From: Octopus bimaculoides
Taxonomy: Eukaryota
Direction of reading: 5' to 3'
DNA length: 64,000 nt
Assembly (NCBI RefSeq): GCF_001194135.2
Contig: NC_068982.1
Coordinates: 126,321,596-126,385,595 of the forward strand
The translations under genes were made by a program, and so were the position numbers. Below are positions 62,036 through 64,000 of this stretch, one piece after another (position 1 is the first letter of the stretch; each line of letters begins with the position of its first letter). The notes beneath the pieces are model-generated. The model worked only from the letters and a program-made list of their open reading frames with translations, was not told where the DNA came from and ran no database searches.

Positions 62036-62414
62036 ATGTAGCACGTAAAAAGCATCATTCGAATGTGATTGTTACCAGCATCACCTTACTGGCACTTGTG
62101 CTGGTGGCATGTGAAAAAATATTTGAGCGAGGTCGTTGCTAGTGCCACTGGATTGGCTCCAGTGCAGGTGTCACGTAAAAAACACCATTTGAGCATGGCC
62201 ACTGCCAGTACCATCCGACTGGCCCTCGAGCCAGTGGCACGTAAAAGCACCCACTACACTCTCAGAGTTGTTGGCATTAGGAAGGGCATCCAGCCGTTGA
62301 AACTCTGCCAGATCAGATTGGAGCCTGGTGCAGCCATCTGGTTCGCCAGTTTTCAGTCAAATTGTCCAACCCATGCCAGCATAGAAAACAGACGTTAAAC
62401 AATGATGATGATGA
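62036..62414 (+). mobile_element. RTE-tail element (family D) with three internal modules
   Basis: GCACGTAAAAAGCATC.., GGCATGTGAAAAAA.., TCACGTAAAAAACACC.., then GGCACGTAAAAGCACCCACTACACTC..GACGTTAAACAATGATGATG into an N gap. Confidence 0.9.
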
Positions 62415-62906
62415 NNNNNNNNNNNNNNNNNNNNNNNNNNNNNNNNNNNNNNNNNNNNNNNNNNNNNNNNNNNNNNNNNNNNNNNNNNNNNNNNNNNNNN
62501 NNNNNNNNNNNNNNNNNNNNNNNNNNNNNNNNNNNNNNNNNNNNNNNNNNNNNNNNNNNNNNNNNNNNNNNNNNNNNNNNNNNNNNNNNNNNNNNNNNNN
62601 NNNNNNNNNNNNNNNNNNNNNNNNNNNNNNNNNNNNNNNNNNNNNNNNNNNNNNNNNNNNNNNNNNNNNNNNNNNNNNNNNNNNNNNNNNNNNNNNNNNN
62701 NNNNNNNNNNNNNNNNNNNNNNNNNNNNNNNNNNNNNNNNNNNNNNNNNNNNNNNNNNNNNNNNNNNNNNNNNNNNNNNNNNNNNNNNNNNNGAAGAAGC
62801 AATTAGTTAAGTAAAGAAGAATAGTGCTTTCTGTGTGAGTATTTAAAACAAAAATATTTTCTCAGATGTTTGAAATTATTTTATCCCAGAACAGAAATTC
62901 CTTTAA

Positions 62907-63120
62907 CCCTTTAGCATTCAACATTACTCTGCCAAAACGTAATGCTTTATTCACATTGTTTTGAATTAATCATGCATTATCTTGTAGCTTTGAGATTTCC
63001 ACGATATAATTGTCTTTTTTTTTTTTTAGAATAACATTGTTGGACAGGTGCAAGAAGCTGGATCTGGCTAGTTTGTGCATAAAACAGATAGAATATTTGG
63101 GCCAGATATGGCTGGTTTAA
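62907..63120 (+). mobile_element. TTAA-type MITE, right end degenerate
   Basis: TTAA|CCCTTTAGCATTCAACATTACTCTG..GGATCTGGCTAGTTTG..GGCTGGTTTAA. Confidence 0.8.
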
Positions 63121-64000
63121 AAAGTCAACAATTAACTCTTAACACTTGCCTGCCTAAGAGCTTCTTGTTCTGTGACACAAAAATGCTTTGTTTTCAAATA
63201 TTCACATTCAAATTAAAACCTTTACATAAGAACATATTTATTCAAGTTGTTTCAAACATTATCTTTATAATGACAAAAGTTGTCAAACTAAATCCTTCTA
63301 AAGTTTTTGATCATTTTTCAAAATTAATTGAAACATATGAACGGATTATTGATAGAAATGTGTTCATGAAAGCGTAAACCACTCAAGATATATGGAAAAT
63401 TAGCAACAGCTGGTTTTAAATTCTTATAGAAGAAACTGTTCTATTCTTGTTTTTAGTTATTCATTAAACGAGAAGAGGGAGCATCTATGCAAACTCAAAC
63501 TACAAGAAAGAGCAGCTGAATGTCCTTCAAATTATACCACACCATCTTAAAAATAAAAGGAGCCATCTTAAACAACTTTTAAAAAAAGATGTGATCATCA
63601 AAACATATTTGGTCATTCTGCTCAACGAGGGTTGAATGCAGCTTAACAACATCACTATTTAAATGAGCCCTGAGTTAACAGCAGTTTATACATCCTGCAT
63701 GGATTGGATCTCAAGCACTATATTAATAGATTTATCTCCAATGAAAACCAGGCATACTTTAAGGAACAATATAGTTAATTATCTTCAATAGATATATTGC
63801 AGGGACCCATATGTACTGTTACTTCCATTATCTTTTGTTTGCTAAATGTTTAACTCGAGAGTAGAGGTTCCCAACTTCCCCACATTCAAAGAAAACCTTT
63901 TAAGTTAATTTAATTTTCCTATGGAACACAGGCTTTTCAAAAGTCTGCCTACTCAATAAGCTGCTTTCATTTAACTAACAATAATTTTTATTTTTATTTC

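Larger units (their letters stand above)
1400..62792. other. assembly gaps (N runs) at 1400-1409, 1900-1909, 2798-3204, 4343-4418, 23024-23173, 24250-24587, 25521-25844, 30548-30642, 54755-54847, 56797-57040, 59572-59753, 62415-62792
   Basis: Read directly; most abut microsatellites or repeat tails. Confidence 0.99.

Overview
AT-rich, repeat-dense eukaryotic genomic DNA with 12 N-gaps and many (TA)n/(CA)n/(GA)n/(TAA)n microsatellites. The SINE, RTE-tail and MITE families match those I recall from Octopus genomes; the species is an inference, not a search result. I can recognise no intact protein-coding gene. The long ORFs in the track are artefacts of N runs, microsatellites or repeats. Supported features: a decayed D,D34D mariner (29404-30547); RTE, R4/Dong and Penelope-like retroelement remnants; dozens of tRNA-derived SINEs; TTAA (piggyBac-type), 8-bp-TSD (hAT-type) and 9-bp-TSD (MULE-type) non-autonomous DNA elements; a Helentron-like element; and an initiator tRNA-Met pseudogene. 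The most interesting observations are: (1) two unrelated MULE-type elements with 9-bp TSDs that both carry TTAGGG repeats, one a 730-bp foldback with head-to-head telomeric arrays; (2) a variant minimal hammerhead ribozyme in a Penelope terminal repeat; (3) a tRNA-iMet head abutting a SINE core; (4) two near-perfect or perfect hairpins; (5) minus-strand micro-exon candidates that may belong to an unidentified host gene. All alignments and counts were done by eye, and boundaries of old SINE copies are approximate.
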